Origin: Lytechinus pictus
Lineage: Eukaryota
Length of the DNA: 64,000 nt
Direction of reading: 5' to 3'
NCBI RefSeq assembly: GCF_037042905.1
Contig: NC_087250.1
Coordinates: forward strand, 5,272,001-5,336,000
Part shown: piece after piece, positions 26,281 to 40,368 of the stretch
Layout of the letters: each line of letters begins with the position of its first letter
How positions within the stretch are numbered: position 1 is the stretch's first letter
The notes under the pieces: generated by a model
What the model saw: the letters and a program-made list of their open reading frames with translations, nothing else
Databases searched by the model: none
Told to the model about the DNA's origin: nothing
Program-made: the position numbers and the translations under genes

Positions 26281-29200
26281 TAGTCCAGTAGATATGTGAA
26301 AAAGATGCTCGAATCTGGCAGAAAGTGTGAAAATTGGCATACAGAGGTATTTTTGGGCGCTGATTTCAAAAATTGCCGGCCCCAAGCGATTTGACCATCG
26401 GGTCGGCCGCCATTTTGAAATCCAAGATGGCCGCCATGAGAAATCATTAATGTCATTTTCTTGAGTTTTACATGACGTGTGACACTGAAATTTGGTATGT
26501 TGGGGTATTTTTAGGCACTGATTTCAAATATTGCCTGCCCCCAGCAATTTGACCACTTGGTCAGCGGCTAAATGGCCGCCATTTTTAAATCCAAGATGGC
26601 CGCCATGAAAAATCATTAAATGTCATTTTCTTGAGTTTTACATGATATGTGACACTGAAATTTGGCATATAGGCTTAATTCGGCGTGCTGATTTCAAATA
26701 TTGCCGGCCCCCAGCAATTTGTCGCTATCTTAAAATCCAAGATGGCCACCATGAAATATCGTTGCAATAATTTTCTCTAATTTTGTATGAGCTATGGTAT
26801 TGAAATTTAGCATATACAGTGTAGGTGTAGTTTAGGGCACTTATGTCAATAGTCTTACCACCAGGTCAGCTGCCATCTTGAAATCTAAGATGGCCGCCAT
26901 GAAAATCACTAAAACTCATTTTCTTGAATTTTACATGTGCAAATAGAGTACCTATTTTTGGGTGCTGATTTCAAATATTGCCAGCCACAAGTGATCTGAC
27001 CATCAGTTCAGCGGCAAGATATGGCTGCCATGAAAAACCATATCAAAATAATTTTCTTGGATTTTACATTATATATGACACCAAAATTTGGCATACAGAA
27101 GTACGTGGCACTGATTTTTGCCGGCCACCAGCAATGTAACCACCGGGTTTCGGCAAAATGACCGCCATGAATTAAAAGTAATGATAATTGTCTTGAGTTT
27201 TATATGAACTCTGGCCCTGAAAGTTGTCATATAGGCATATATTTAGGCACTGATTATTGTCAGACCCCTATTTGGTTGCCATTTTAAATAAAAGATGGCC
27301 GCCATGAAAGATAATTTGCTCAAGTCTTACGTATGGCCTGTAACACTTTGAATTTGGAGAAAAACTTGATCTTTGCATCCTTGATCAATTAAAAAAACAT
27401 AATAAATAGATGCTATTTTGAATTCCAATATGGTTACCAAGTTTGAATGATGTACAACATTATAATGGTGAGTAAAGCCCATTGTATTGGCACTGAAAAC
27501 AAATCCAACACAACTACATCTTTGTCCGTTGCAAGGATTATAATACTTTGGCACCCTTAATTGCTGATATAGATGTTACGTAAATATGAAGCACCATAAA
27601 TACACAAACCAGCAAGCTTATTCTGCAGTTACACATTTGAGGTGGCTTTGGTTGAACAATAACCATCCGGAACAATCATTTTCTGTTGAGAGGCTGTAAA
27701 TTATTTCTTTGAGATTCATATGATCTGCAGTATTGCACTTTGACATATCAACGGAGTGCGGGGTGCTTATTTAAAATATTGCTGGCCCTCAGCGATCTGA
27801 TCCCCTGAGTCAGAAGCAAAATGTCAGCCATCTTGAAATCCAAGATGGCTGACATGAAAAAAGATCATTGAAAAAAAAATCACTTTATCTAGTATCAGGT
27901 AACGTATTATTTTAAAATTTGGCATCTATGGTAAGCTTAATCTAGGGATATCGAAATTGCCCCCAGTAATCTGTCCAATAGACATGATAGATATGCTGCA
28001 AAATGGCCACCTTCTTGAAATCTAGATTGGATCGACTGTCATGAAAATTCATTAAAATCATTTTCTTGGTTTTAAATAATTTGAGGCACTGCATTTTAGA
28101 CATACAGGCAGGTTTTTGGCCTGCTGGTTTCAGAATATTGCTCCAATAATTGCGATATTTTATTACAAATCGACAAGAAGAAAACTGCTCCAGACTTGAA
28201 GTACTGATGGTTATATAGTGGTAAGATGATGATGATGATGATGAAATTAATATTAATGATGGATGATAATAATACATATTTTATTGTTCAAAATAGAATT
28301 CAGTAACAGAAATGCTCCGAAATGTTATTTCGCCCATACCCTGTAGATCATGAGCCCGGCAGTAACTTAGCAGCGCCACATCGGACGTTGCTCTATCCAT
28401 TAAAAAGGGAAGTTCACCTCGGATAAAACTTTGTTGTAAAAACACAAGAAAATATGATATAAAAAGGATATTGGTAAATCCATCAAAGATATTAGAATTT
28501 TAAGTTTTTGATTTGTGACGTCATATACTGTACGAGCAGCTGCCCCATTATGTTGTGTGATGGCAGATAAAGTGTGTTATGTGTTATAATTATGTTCATT
28601 ATCTATCCATATTTGAAAGTAACATACAAGTTTTTGCTTCATAGTACCAATTTACAGTGTCACAGGTAATGTAGAATTCAGGAAAACATTTTTGAAAGAT
28701 ATTACGTAGTAGCCATCTTAGATTTCAAAGTGGCGGTCATTTTCAGCTGACCCGGTGGATCAATCACTGGGGCAGCAATATTCTAAAACCAGCAGGCCAA
28801 AACCTGCCTGTATGTCTAAAATGCAGTGCCTCAAATTATTTAAAACTCAAGAAAATTATTTTAATGAATTTTCAAGATGGTGGCCATTTTGCAGCATATC
28901 TATTGGACAGATTACTTGGGGGAAATGTCAATACCCCAAGATGCAAAATTTCAAAATAATACCTTCTTCATAATTATGATACTTGATTTTTTTTAATGAT
29001 TTCTTTATGGCAGCCATCTTGGATTTCAAGATGGCTGCCATTTTGCAGCTGAGGCATCACGGGCCTAAAACATTTCCCATAGACTCGTGTGTTAAAGAGG
29101 CGCTCTAAAAAAAAGGATGAAATTCGAGAATTGAATGTTTACTACCTGTCCAGTGGATAGGATACATGTCTGACATTCCATATCTGACCAGAAAAGGATA

Positions 29201-30612
29201 CCTCGACCAGCTCATTTTAAAAATAAATCCGCATTTATGAAGACTACACCTGACAGGGTCATATTCATCACTTGAGACAGTAAAATGGCAATACTTCTTC
29301 CGCCAGTATAAAAATAGTTCCAAAGTGGTGATATATCTTCCCAATTTGAAAAAAGGAAGTTCAGTAAAGTTACCCTCCCTAGAATCAGTGTTAGATTATC
29401 AATCATATTCATTCGTTTTTGTCAATCAGCAATATAAAAATTAAAAATTGAGAATTAAATGGGTTGGCTCGAATGAATATCTTTGGCCCGTATAACCCTG
29501 ACTCAGGGGATCAGATCGCTGAGGGCCAGCAATATTTGAAATAAGCTCCCCACACTACTTCTATATGTCAAAGTGCAATACCGCAGATCATATAAAACTC
29601 AACGAAATAATTGCAATATTTCTATGGCAGCCAGCTTCAAATTCAAGATGACGGCCATTTTTCCGCCGACCAATTGTCAGATTGCTTGGAGCCAGCAATT
29701 TTTTTAATGAACTCACCCAGATACCGATATACTACAAATTTCAGTGGCACATATTATGTAAAATTCAAGAAAATGAGTTCAATGATTTTTCATGGCGGCC
29801 ATCTTGGATTTCAAATGGCAGCTGACCCGATGGTCAAATCGCTTGAGGCCGGCAATATTTGAAATCAGCGCCCAAAATTAAGCCTATATGTCAAATTCAA
29901 TACCGCAGTTCATATAAAACTCAAGAAAATGATTGCATTATTATATAATGGCGGCCATCTTGGATTTCAAAATGGCGGCCATTTTGCCGCCAACCAAATG
30001 GTCAAATTGCTGGGGGCTGGCAATATTTGAAATCAGTGCCTAAAAATACCCCATCATACCAAATTTCAGTGTCACATGTCATGTAAAACTCAAGAAAATG
30101 AGTTCAATGATTTTTCATGGCGGCCATCTTGGATTTCAAATGGCAGCTGACCCGATGGTCAAATCACTTGGGGCCGGCAATATTTGAAATCGGCACCCCA
30201 AATTAAGCCTATATGCCAAATTTCAATACCGCAGGTCATATAAAACTCGAGAAAATGATTGCAATAATATATCATGGCGGCCATCTTGGATTTCAAGATG
30301 GCGGCCATTTTGCCGCCGACCAAATGGTCAAATTGCTGGGGGCTGGCAATATTTGAAATCAGTGCCTCATAATACCCCTATATGCCAAATTTCAGTGTCA
30401 CATGCCATGTAAAAAAAAAAAAAAAAAGACATTTAATGATTTTTCATGGCGGCCATCTTGGATTTCAAAATGGCGGCCGACCCGATGGTCAAATCGCTTG
30501 GGGCCGGCAATTTTTGAAATCAGCGCCCAAAAATACTCCTGTATACCAAATTTCACACTTTCTGCCAGATCCGAGCATCTTGGCCATTTTTTGTCACATA
30601 ACCGCTCCACTA
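26281..30612. mobile_element. 4.3-kb non-autonomous TIR element with long inverted arrays of AAGATGGC(C/G)GCCAT subrepeats; TAG...CTA termini (Academ-like)
   Basis: 26281-26480 is the reverse complement of about 30410-30612; TTA flanks both ends; inner inverted pairs at 27720-27815/29500-29600 and 27950-28150/28770-28930. Confidence 0.8.
29110..29497 (-). pseudogene. Possible heavily decayed L1/Tx1-type endonuclease fragment
   Basis: Minus-strand GLYGP, LILG and FLV...SKHS in the order expected for YGP / GDFN / FL / SDH motifs, with frameshifts. Confidence 0.3.
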
Positions 30613-31329
30613 TTATGATTGTTGTACATCTAAAGATAATTATTTGCTAATTTTTCTGTCATTATTATGCTGTTCAGATTATTATGGCGTAAGGACTGAT
30701 TCCTTTTCTCTTTTCCTTATACTTCACCCCTATCTACCTCTTTATCTATATTCCCTTTGCCTATTTCCTACCTCTTCTCTTCTTCCCAACATATTCCACA
30801 CCATTTCTTTTCCATCAGCCCTTGCTTCCTCATTCTTCCCACCGTAATCCCTTTTTATTCCAATCATTCTTGTTTCATTTATCTATGCCAGACTGTAATA
30901 TATCATATACTTTGCGGAACAAAATCACACATGTTATATATACAAAATATAAACTCAAGATTTAGGCCTACTTATGTGAATTTACACTTTATCTGTTCAT
31001 ATATTTATAATTGCATAATTTATGTATTTTTGTAATACCATATGTTAGTACAATGACCTCATTTTAAAATCAGAACAACCTAAGATAGCACATCCCCTCC
31101 TTCCCCCTTCTCACCACTCTAAGTATAAATTTTGTTTTGAATTGTATTGACGCTTTTGATATGTAAATAATTATCACCTCTTGTTTTATGTTTGTTTATG
31201 TATACCTATAATGTATTCAATTTATGCTGCCCTGTATTACGTTCGTTTAGAACTGATGACCTGGGCACATTATTGTATTTGATTCCCTTTTTTATGAATA
31301 AAAGGTGATTTATTTATAAAAAAATATTA

Positions 31330-31971
31330 TAAATACTTGTAGAATAATTTCAGCCAAAAATCCTCCTCATATTGAAGGGGGGATAACAAAAAGTCATTTG
31401 ACTGGTTGTATCTGGGTTTCAAAGAGAAAAACACAATTTTAGAAAGTTCAATATCTGCTTTTTAATTTGATACCTGAAATACAGAAAATGGTCCAGAAAT
31501 AACAAAGTTCTGGTTATTTGAAATAACGCTTGAATTGCAATAATTTCACAAAATGAAGAGGTTTTACACTCCGTTTTGTTGACGATCAGCCATGCATCAA
31601 ATCTTATGTTAACCATGCGATAACTTCTGTGGGAAACCGGTGAAAACACGTTTCTTTAATGAAATTATCGAAATACACGCATTGTTTCGAGGGAACATAA
31701 CTTTTTTCTTCTTGACCATTTTTTGTTATTAAGGTATCAAATAAAAGAGACATGTGATTTTCTTTTTGAAATGCCCCGCCAAATGAGTTTTTGGGATCCT
31801 TTCTTCAAATTGTTTTTACTCACTCAAGCGTGAATCTGGAATAATCTAAGTAATATCAGATGAAAGGGGAGATTCTAAGCTTTACATTGGTAGGTCATTT
31901 GTCTATTGTATTTGTGATTAAGTTCTGATAAATCGTCGCTTAATAGCGGTTTCGTTTTTTTCTGGGACGCA

Positions 31972-31974
<3 letters not shown>
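31330..31974. mobile_element. Tc1/mariner-like MITE remnant ending TGGGACGCACTG-TA; rearranged relative at 38625-38998
   Basis: The terminus is followed by (TA)n. 31375-31600 is inverted at 38630-38830, and 31840-31974 is direct at 38860-38998. Confidence 0.6.
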
Positions 31975-32008
<34 letters not shown>

Positions 32009-32076
32009 GAGTTTGGTTACAAAAAGGGCTAGGTCCACGTTGGACCATTCCGAGAAAAGGTTGTTGTTGTTTTTTT

Positions 32077-33411
32077 GGTGCCGGGTAAAAATGGCAGAGG
32101 TGAAAATGGCAGAGGTAAAAATGGCAGAGGTAAAAAAATGGCAGAGGTCAAAATGGTAGAGGTCAAAATGGCAGAGGTAAAAATGGCAGAGGTAAAAATG
32201 GCAGAGGTAATAATGGCAGAGGTAAAAATGGCAGAGGTAAAAATGGCAGAGGCAAAAATGACAGAGGTAGAGATCATGTCATGCTACATCAGCAAGGAAA
32301 GGATAGAGCCTTTCCAGTTAATATCAGTCATAATTATTGACCTTGAATGAACTCATATAGACGAAATGAGTATTATGAACTGATTAGATATTATTTGGAC
32401 TGTTTTTCATCATTTTAGGTCTATACTTTATCGTTGATATGAGTGGATATCAGGTTCCTTAAGTAGTTTCTATGGTAACGGTTACCACATGAATTTTGAA
32501 ATGTGTAGCGAATCAGGGATTTGAATTTATAGGTGTTTCTTAGGTACCATCTATCGACCTGTTTTGAAGTGGACATCCCCCTGACAAATGGTTTATTGTA
32601 AAAATAGCAGGAAAATATAATGGTGAAGATTTGCGGAAAACCCATCAAAGACTAAGAAATTAATTAGAAGTTTGAGTTTTTATGACGTCATATACTAGCA
32701 ACTGCCCCGTATTTTATGCACCAAAATGTATACTTTTAATTTTGTATTATCAGTCATTCATGATTGCTCAAAAAATTTCTTTCAGGAGCGGATGTGATAT
32801 TATTTGTATGTTACTATACTTAAGGTACAATAAAAAAACATTTTCCTTTTTTTTAATATAAAAGGACATTTCATTGATATTTTTATTACACCATATATGG
32901 CGAAAACTGCTCGCAAATGACGTCCCAATTAAAATGTAAAATTCTAATAGCGTTTTAGATCTTTGATGGATTCCCTTAAAACCCTCATCAATGTCATTTT
33001 GATTATTTTGTGCTATTTTTACCATTTAAACTTTATGTCACTCTGAATTTCCCCTGTAGTGAATAATTACAATACTTGGGATCCAAAGTGTGCTTCACAT
33101 TTAAATATTAGAAGAGCGATTTGACATGAGAAGGTCGTGCATGTAAGTCCAGGAAAAAATAAGGAATACGAACTCAAGTGTTATCATTTTTACCTCAGCC
33201 ATTTTTTACGATTATTATTATTACCTCTGCCATTATTACCACTGCCATTTATTCCCCTGCCATTTTTACCTTTGCCATTTTTACATCTGCCATTTTACCA
33301 CTGCCATTTTTACCTTTGCCATTTTTACCTCTGCCATTTTTAACTTTGCCATTTTTACCTCTGCCATTTTTACCTTTGCTATTTTTACCTCTGCCACTTT
33401 TTCACCGAGTC
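32077..33411. mobile_element. Foldback element with 15-bp minisatellite arms (AAAATGGCAGAGGTA)n
   Basis: Array at 32085-32270 and its reverse complement at 33185-33405; imperfect G(T)n target duplication. Confidence 0.82.
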
Positions 33412-35940
33412 GGTTTTTTTTTTCACTTATTGTAATATGTTGATGAGAAAGTAAATTGTCATGAAGTACTACCCTATCATGTGAACATAAGATCGAGTAC
33501 AAAAGAAATCTACCTGTCTTATCTTTGTTTCGATGTATTCTATTAAAAATTATCACTTTGGACTAACCATTTTTGCAAGCAAACTGAAATGAATCCAAAC
33601 TCTTTTGATTAAAAGTGATTTTTTCTTTGCTACTTTTATTCATGTTTTCTTGTGAATTTCAAATTTTCTTTGGTACCATGTAACAGGCTAAAAATTACAG
33701 GTTTTGAGACAGAAAATAATCAAATGAATGAAAAATTGACCTAACCCCTTTTGACAAATGAGCACTGCCCGGTCGATTACCATTACCCGTGTCTCAAAGC
33801 CAAATCTGGGTCAAATCGGGGAATTTATCTGTTAGGCGTCCGAGCAGTGATCCCGACGACCCACCGAATCCCGAGCGGCGCCCACCGGCCTATTTTTAGG
33901 TAATAACCCGTCCGATCTTGAATTCGCCGCGAGATCATCGACCGATCACTGACCGGCCGATGACCGCTCGACAGCTATTGATCCAACGAGTTCAATTTTC
34001 GACCTTAATCGTTCGACGGCGAACGCTCTATTACGTCGGCGCCCGGACGGCGACCAACCGAACGCCGAGCGTATTGCTGGCGGCGAGTTTACAGGGAGCA
34101 GGTGTCCTAGGATTTTTGGCCCGGGTACCGGCGGTCCAAAACGACTAGTTGATTAGGGCCGCCAGTACAAAACGACTAGTCGATCGGGCCCCCCAGATCC
34201 AATGACTGGTTGAAATTTTTGCCGAAACGACAGGAGAGCCGCCGTTTGGTTCCGTATTCGTCAGAATGTAGCAAATGTAGTAAATATATTCTATAAATAT
34301 CTGCTTTGGTGAAATGTTTCAATATATATATTGATGTGATTTTTAATGTAATTTCATCCCAATTATTTACATAATTCGGTCTTTAATTAAAAATGTTGGT
34401 ACATCTAGATAAGAGGTATTTCAGCCTCGTACGTTAGGTACCGGTAACTTTTTTGCGCACGCGCAGCGCTGCACTGCTTGGACAGTTGATTGACACGATA
34501 CGACGCGGCCCGGTACCGCACTGTACTGTGTAAACGAGTGCCTATCCCTTAAGTTGCCCTTCTTAAATGCCCGACCAGTGCCCGATTTCCTCTTACTATT
34601 CTGAGAACTAAAATACAAGTGCATGTTTTATTTCTTAAAAATAATTTCAAAATGTTATGCCCCCATCACTTGCCCTTTTTCATCTGCAGAGTGCCCCTTT
34701 TTACCTTTGATCAAGCGCCCCATTTGAATATGTCGTTATTTTAATAAATGCCTCTTTTCTTTTCTAGATTGTTCAAAATGTGCAGTTTGTTAATGTAAAG
34801 TATTTGCTATTTGCGCACTCTTATGCAGGGGCACCTGAACTGGGAAAAGGGGGCACCCCCCCCCCCTTTGTGTCAAGGGGCATTAGACTTAGGCAAGGTG
34901 TTGAAAATAATCTGTTTTCACCCAACCCCTTTTGACAATTGAACAGCTTAATTAAAAAAAAAAGGCTAAATCCACTTTTGACCAAAAGTAATTTTAAAAT
35001 ATAAATTTGTTTATCTTTGACACGGGAATCAAGTGCACCATATCGCATTCCAAAATTTTTGGAAGTTTGGCAAAAATTGAACACAAATTGTGTTTTTTTT
35101 TAACAGAAGGAGCTAAATCCAAAACAGTTTTATTCCAAAAGGAGCTAAATCCACTATGTTCACTGAGGATTTCTTGATTTAACAACATTAGCTAAAGTTA
35201 TGGTTTAAATGTTTGTTATGTACCTGTTGTACATAATCTACATCGTCTGCAAATTTTGATATACATAACAGAATTTTACTATTTTTATGAATATTTTTGG
35301 ATTTAGCTCCTTTTGGAATAAAACATCGAAATATCACCGTCTTCGGAGATTTCAAAAAATTTCCCCCAATTTTCAATGAATAAAAATCTGAAAAATTGCT
35401 AGACATGTTTAAATGTGAAAAAAGGCACATTCGACTAAAATTTTATTCCAAAAGGAGCTAAATCCATGAAAATTTAAACCATCAAAATTCCTGAAAAATT
35501 GAAATTAGTCGCTAGATTTTATAAACATGATTTAATTAATCTAGTATTGTGATAGCATCATCATATATATCAAAATAGTATATATCAAAATCATATATTA
35601 AGTAGCAGGGGACAAGGGAATATTAAAATTAAATTAAATATTAAAAGTAAATAAAAAAACCCTTGATTTACTGAAGATCGCTTTATATAGATATAGCTCC
35701 TTTTGCAATAAAATTCTTCTCATATATTAGTCTGAACAGGGAAGTGTTAGGAATAGAAAGGATATGAAACTCAGGGGTGTTTGATATTCAATGTGGCGTG
35801 CCGATATTAACCTTTCGGATCAGAATGGATTATGACGGAGCGAAATATCATTTACGCTTTTTTTCTCTAAAAGCATCGTTTTTCATCAATCTCTTTTGAA
35901 AATTTCAAATTAGTTGAAGACAGCAAATAAAAAGCCCTTG

Positions 35941-36065
35941 CAGTAGCGTACTGTGAGCCGGAGGAGACAAAGCATGGGGGGGGGGGGGGCACTGCATTGT
36001 CTGTGAACAATGCAGTGCCCCCCCCCCCCAATGCTTTGTCTCCTCCGGCTCACGGTACGCTACTG
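35941..36065. mobile_element. Near-perfect 125-bp hairpin MITE
   Basis: CAGTAGCGTAC(T)GTGAGCCGGAGGAGACAAAGCAT(G)nCACTGCATTGT is mirrored on the right; CCTTG on both flanks. Confidence 0.85.
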
Positions 36066-36966
36066 CCTTGTGATGTTTTCATGCCAACATGATATAAAAG
36101 AATCGTGAAAAAAAGACAAATTTAATTTTATAACTACTTCAAAAATTGACAAATTTCAGCATTTTCCGACAATTTGTGCTATTTTAGAGCTCACTCATTG
36201 TGAAAAATATATGATTATGAAGATATTTTGTATTACAATTTATCCGTGGTCATGTGTGTTTCCGAGATAATTAGCTTTAAATATTACTCAAATTATGGTG
36301 ATTTCTGTTCGCTGATACCAATTATACGTACTAATGCATTATCAAAAACTGCACCAGCCAAATAAAAATCCGAATCTCTCTTGCTAAGAGAAACTGTCGG
36401 CAAATGAAAATGCCTGTATTGTTGAAACACCTGAAAAGACATTCACATGTTTAAAAGACAATATCCAGTCGTCGGCTCGTCAGATGGGGTTAAAGCAGGC
36501 TGGTACTAAAGCGAAGAGATTCCTATCCTTCCTAACACATCCCTGGTCTGAGTATTACGTCAAAATCTATACATCACAATTATATATTTTTTAATTGAAC
36601 AGTCAAAATTTTGCTCGCAGCTTAAAAAAAATGCGTTGTACGCCATGTCTGGCCCAAACTTTTGCCTCATTGCGCCACTGGGGTAGATAGTATACAATTT
36701 TTTTTTAAATTGTTCTTCATATTTTAAGTGCGCTTTTTGCCTTTTTCCCTGTGTCCCTCTCCCACTTTAAGATTTGCCCCGCCGCTCCTGATTTTTTCCT
36801 CTGTCTTCATATTTCTATATTTTTGGTAAAATATATAGCGTGAGAAACGTCGCTGGTGTTTTATACTTCAATGATCAGTGAAATGACAATACAAATTTTG
36901 TAGCTTCTTTCTTGTGCCAAGCTTTGATCGAAAGCTTAGTGCAATTAAAGTGATATTAAGAAGCTA

Positions 36967-37240
36967 CATAGGCGACGGAAGCGGGGGTGGGGGGGGGGTG
37001 GGGGAGCGAGGGTCCTGTCCCCCTAAATTTGAGTTTGTTTTTTTTTTTTTTTTTTGCTTGTCAATTTCGTTCCTGCGTCCCCCCTAAATTCAGGTGGACC
37101 GCCCTAAAATTGTTTAAAATCGTTATGGTCCCCCCTAAAATTTTGTTCACCTTTTTTTTTGCTTGTCAAATTATTTCCTGTGTCCAACCATAAATTCCAG
37201 GTAGACCCCCCCTAAATTTGTTTGGCTTCCGCCGCCAATG
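36967..37240. mobile_element. hAT-like MITE with 8-bp TSD AGAAGCTA
   Basis: TIR CATAGGCGACGGAAGC / GCTTCCGCCGCCAATG, exact TSD. Confidence 0.9.
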
Positions 37241-37345
37241 AGAAGCTATACGAACAATTTTGAGTCATTCATTCACTTCTAAATAATATATACTGTATAT
37301 ATATATATATATATAGGGCCTACATGTGTGTTATTAAATGCCAGC

Positions 37346-37517
37346 CAGGTGCGGATCCAGGAATTTCCTGGGGGCATTTTAGTCCACAAAAAATTGACAG
37401 GCAAAAATTTAAAAAAGGGTTAGCACTTGCACATATACGGTACTTTCGACTTTTTTTGGCTCTCAAAAGGGGGGAGTCATGAGCCGGGTGTGCCCTCCCC
37501 CCTGGATCCGCGCCAAA
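37346..37517. mobile_element. Small MITE (GCGGATCCAGG / CCTGGATCCGC)
   Basis: Inverted termini; TSD not clear. Confidence 0.55.
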
Positions 37518-39000
37518 GCACCCCCTCCCTCGAGCTTAAGGTCAGTTTGGTGGCGCGCCCATGCACGCTCTTTTATTATTATTTCATCTCCCCCTCTTTT
37601 CCCCCTTCATTCCCCTCCCCCTTATTCCCTCTTCCTTCTTTCCTTTTCTCATACAGGCTACGTTTCGGCCATTTTTTGCGATCTCTTCTTCCTACGTTTT
37701 TTTTCTCCCCCTTTTATTTTCATATATTTCCTCCTTTTTTTACTACCCGGGTCCCGTGCCCCAACCCCCCTCAAAAAAAAAAAAAATATATATATATATG
37801 CGCATAGTGTGTGCCTCATTGAGATGTCACTGCTGAGAGTTCCCTGTGTTTTTGGCAGCCTCATTGTTGGACTTAGTTTTCTTGTATTGATACATTCATT
37901 TTGATTTCTACTTGATTACTTTGGGGGTTCGAAGAGTATGCATCAGTGTTCCCCCCCCCCCCCCCATCACCATAGTCGCCAATCTCATCCTATTTCTTGC
38001 TTGGTTATGAAGACCAAGACAAACCAGCCATATTGGTGGATATACATTAAGTTCACACCCCGAATAGCCCAGGCGCACATTAGGGCGTCATGGCTGCACA
38101 AAGCAGCCGTCCCCGGATGTTTAATGACATGTAATTGGAAGAGTGCTAAAAAATGCATACGACTCTTTAAATAACTTGAGATTCTCAAATCGACAACTGT
38201 ATCTGTTCTGTGGGTGTGTTTGACTTGGATGAGACAATTGGTTGAAAAGGACGACTGGAATATCACATTCTTGCTGTAGGGGTGATAATGGTGCATGAAC
38301 AGCGTATCGGAACAAATCGCCTGGTCGGAACAAATCGACTATGACGATCGCATCACACAACAAAACCCGGTACTAATCGACGGGTAATAGAGTCGTCGAT
38401 TAGTACCTCCGGCCCCGATCGACTGGCCGGTCCAAATTTCCTATGACACAGGCGCCGCCAGAATTTTAACTCCGCGCTAAATCTTGAGCGGCGACCGAGC
38501 GATCCTCCCAACACTAGTGGTATCCAGACGGCCGCCGGTCGGTGCCCGGGCGAAATTTGCTAAAAACTCGCCGCCCGGTAGCCGAGCAGGCTTAATTTTG
38601 GAGTTGTGACCTTAGCCCTAATAAAAGACTCAATACATGGCTGATCGTCAACAAAACGAAGAGTCGAGTGAGTCTGGACGCTAGCCTGTAAAACCTCTTC
38701 ATTTTACGATATTGTTGAAAATTCAGGCATTATTTCAAATAACCAGAACTTTGTTATTTCTTGACCTTTAATTGACCTTTTTGAAACCCAGATATAGCCC
38801 GCGACGTGACTTTTTGGTATCCCCTTTTGAAATAGTTTTTAATCACGCATATATGAATGAGAATAATCTAAGTTATTTCACATGAAAGAGGGGATTCTAA
38901 GCTTTAAAATGATAGGTCATTTGTCTATTGTATTCGTGATCAAGATATCATGACAAATCATCGATGAATCTCGGTTTCGATTTTTGTGGGACGCACTGTC

Positions 39001-39603
39001 CAGTGCGTATCAAAAAAAAAGTTTACACTTAGAAAAAATCCTGTAAAATTATATATTTGTAATATCCTGAAGATTTTTCCACATTTTAACATTGGTACAG
39101 ATCCATTTAAGCAAATGACGATGTAACTGTCGAAAAATATTCTGCTTGAGTGAGCACCACTTACTTTTGAAAAGTTAGTGAAAAATGATTTGCGCAGAAC
39201 TTGGAAATAGTTATGCGAATAAAAGTAGACCTTAATCGTGAAGAACACGTGAAATTAAGCTCATAAAATTGATTTGATGATATCCTTTACCCATTTAAAC
39301 TTGTTTCCTTGCCCAAAACACTTCGAAGAGTCGCACCCCATCCCACTCCCCCACACACCTAGGCCATCTTGACGATATTTGCTTTACACTGAGCTGTGAT
39401 TTACAGGAAATGGCTTAGGCTTCATTTTAATTTTATTAATAATTGTTAAGCTTGGGAAATATGTGGAGGAAACAAGTACCAAATTAAAAATAATAGATGA
39501 GACCCAAACCCAAGATTATATGTGAAAAAAATACCCACGTGTTGTATATTTTTTAATTCCCAGGGCTTTTTCAAAGTGTAAACCTTTTTTTTTATACGCA
39601 CTG
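39001..39603. mobile_element. Internally deleted copy of the 17333-18319 Tc1-like element
   Basis: Colinear with both ends of the first copy, lacking about 17815-18205. Confidence 0.85.
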
Positions 39604-40317
39604 TATAATGGACAATTAAATAATATATAAGTAACGCCCCTAAATACTTACTCCTGATAATCCATTTCGGCTGATGACAATCATGTAACAGACTTCCATC
39701 AATGATCTGTAGTTCCTGTAGATGGGTAAAATTAAGAATAAAAAAAATGTGTTTCGTTACAATATAACTTCTTTGGTTAAGGAGCAAACTTTGTTTGTCT
39801 AATATTTTAAACAGGCATACCGGGGTAGATTAATTGTTTCCTACGGGGGGGGGGGGGGGGGGGGGGCTCATTTTGAAAATAATGTCACCAGATTGTCGTG
39901 CCGTATACCTGACATAATGCGCTGTGACGGGGAGGGGTGGGGTGGATCAATACATCCCACTTTTAGCACGCTATTGGAAGGTACATGAAGAAAGAACAAC
40001 AAATAATGTATAATGTATAACTTAGTCAATAAAACTCTTTCATTGCATATGCCATTAAGCTGTACGCTTTAGGGGAAGCCAGAATTAGCCTGCTTTCCTA
40101 CCAATCTTATATGGTAATTCTAGGTATGGTAAATGGAGTAGTTAATCATGTATTTAAAGGTGATGTTCTCCATGACAAAGGAACAGTTCATTCCCCAAAA
40201 CAATATGAAATATATATATATATATATATATATATATCCTTAGATGTGTAGATGCCGATGATTTTGCAAAGTGCTCAATGCTATATAAAGCAGAGCATAT
40301 ATTCATACCTATTAAAC

Positions 40318-40368
40318 GTCTGCTACCGGCGGTTTCACGCCCGGACTTGAGGCGATCTTCAGGCAGAC
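40318..40368 (-). ncRNA. Minimal type I hammerhead ribozyme (inverted pLTR copy)
   Basis: Reverse complement of 41684-41734. Confidence 0.8.

Larger units (their letters stand above)
33768..38620. mobile_element. GC-rich DNA-transposon remnant (33768-34100 and 38450-38620) apparently split by a 4.3-kb TIR insertion (about 34102-38449)
   Basis: GTGTCCTAGGATTTTTGG at 34102 versus CCAAATTTCCTATGACAC ending 38449, with subterminal AGTCGATCGGG / CCCGATCGACT motifs. Confidence 0.42.

Noticed and set aside
32029..33556. Repetitive ORFs such as (KMAEV)n and (LPLPF)n, also at 53430-55181
   Set aside because: They are translations of a 15-bp minisatellite in foldback arms; stop-free frames are expected from a unit length divisible by 3.
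37938..38363. Overlapping ORFs, with HVIGRVLKNAY loosely resembling a Harbinger/ISL2EU transposase motif
   Set aside because: The similarity is too short and interrupted by stops; it cannot be supported without a profile search.
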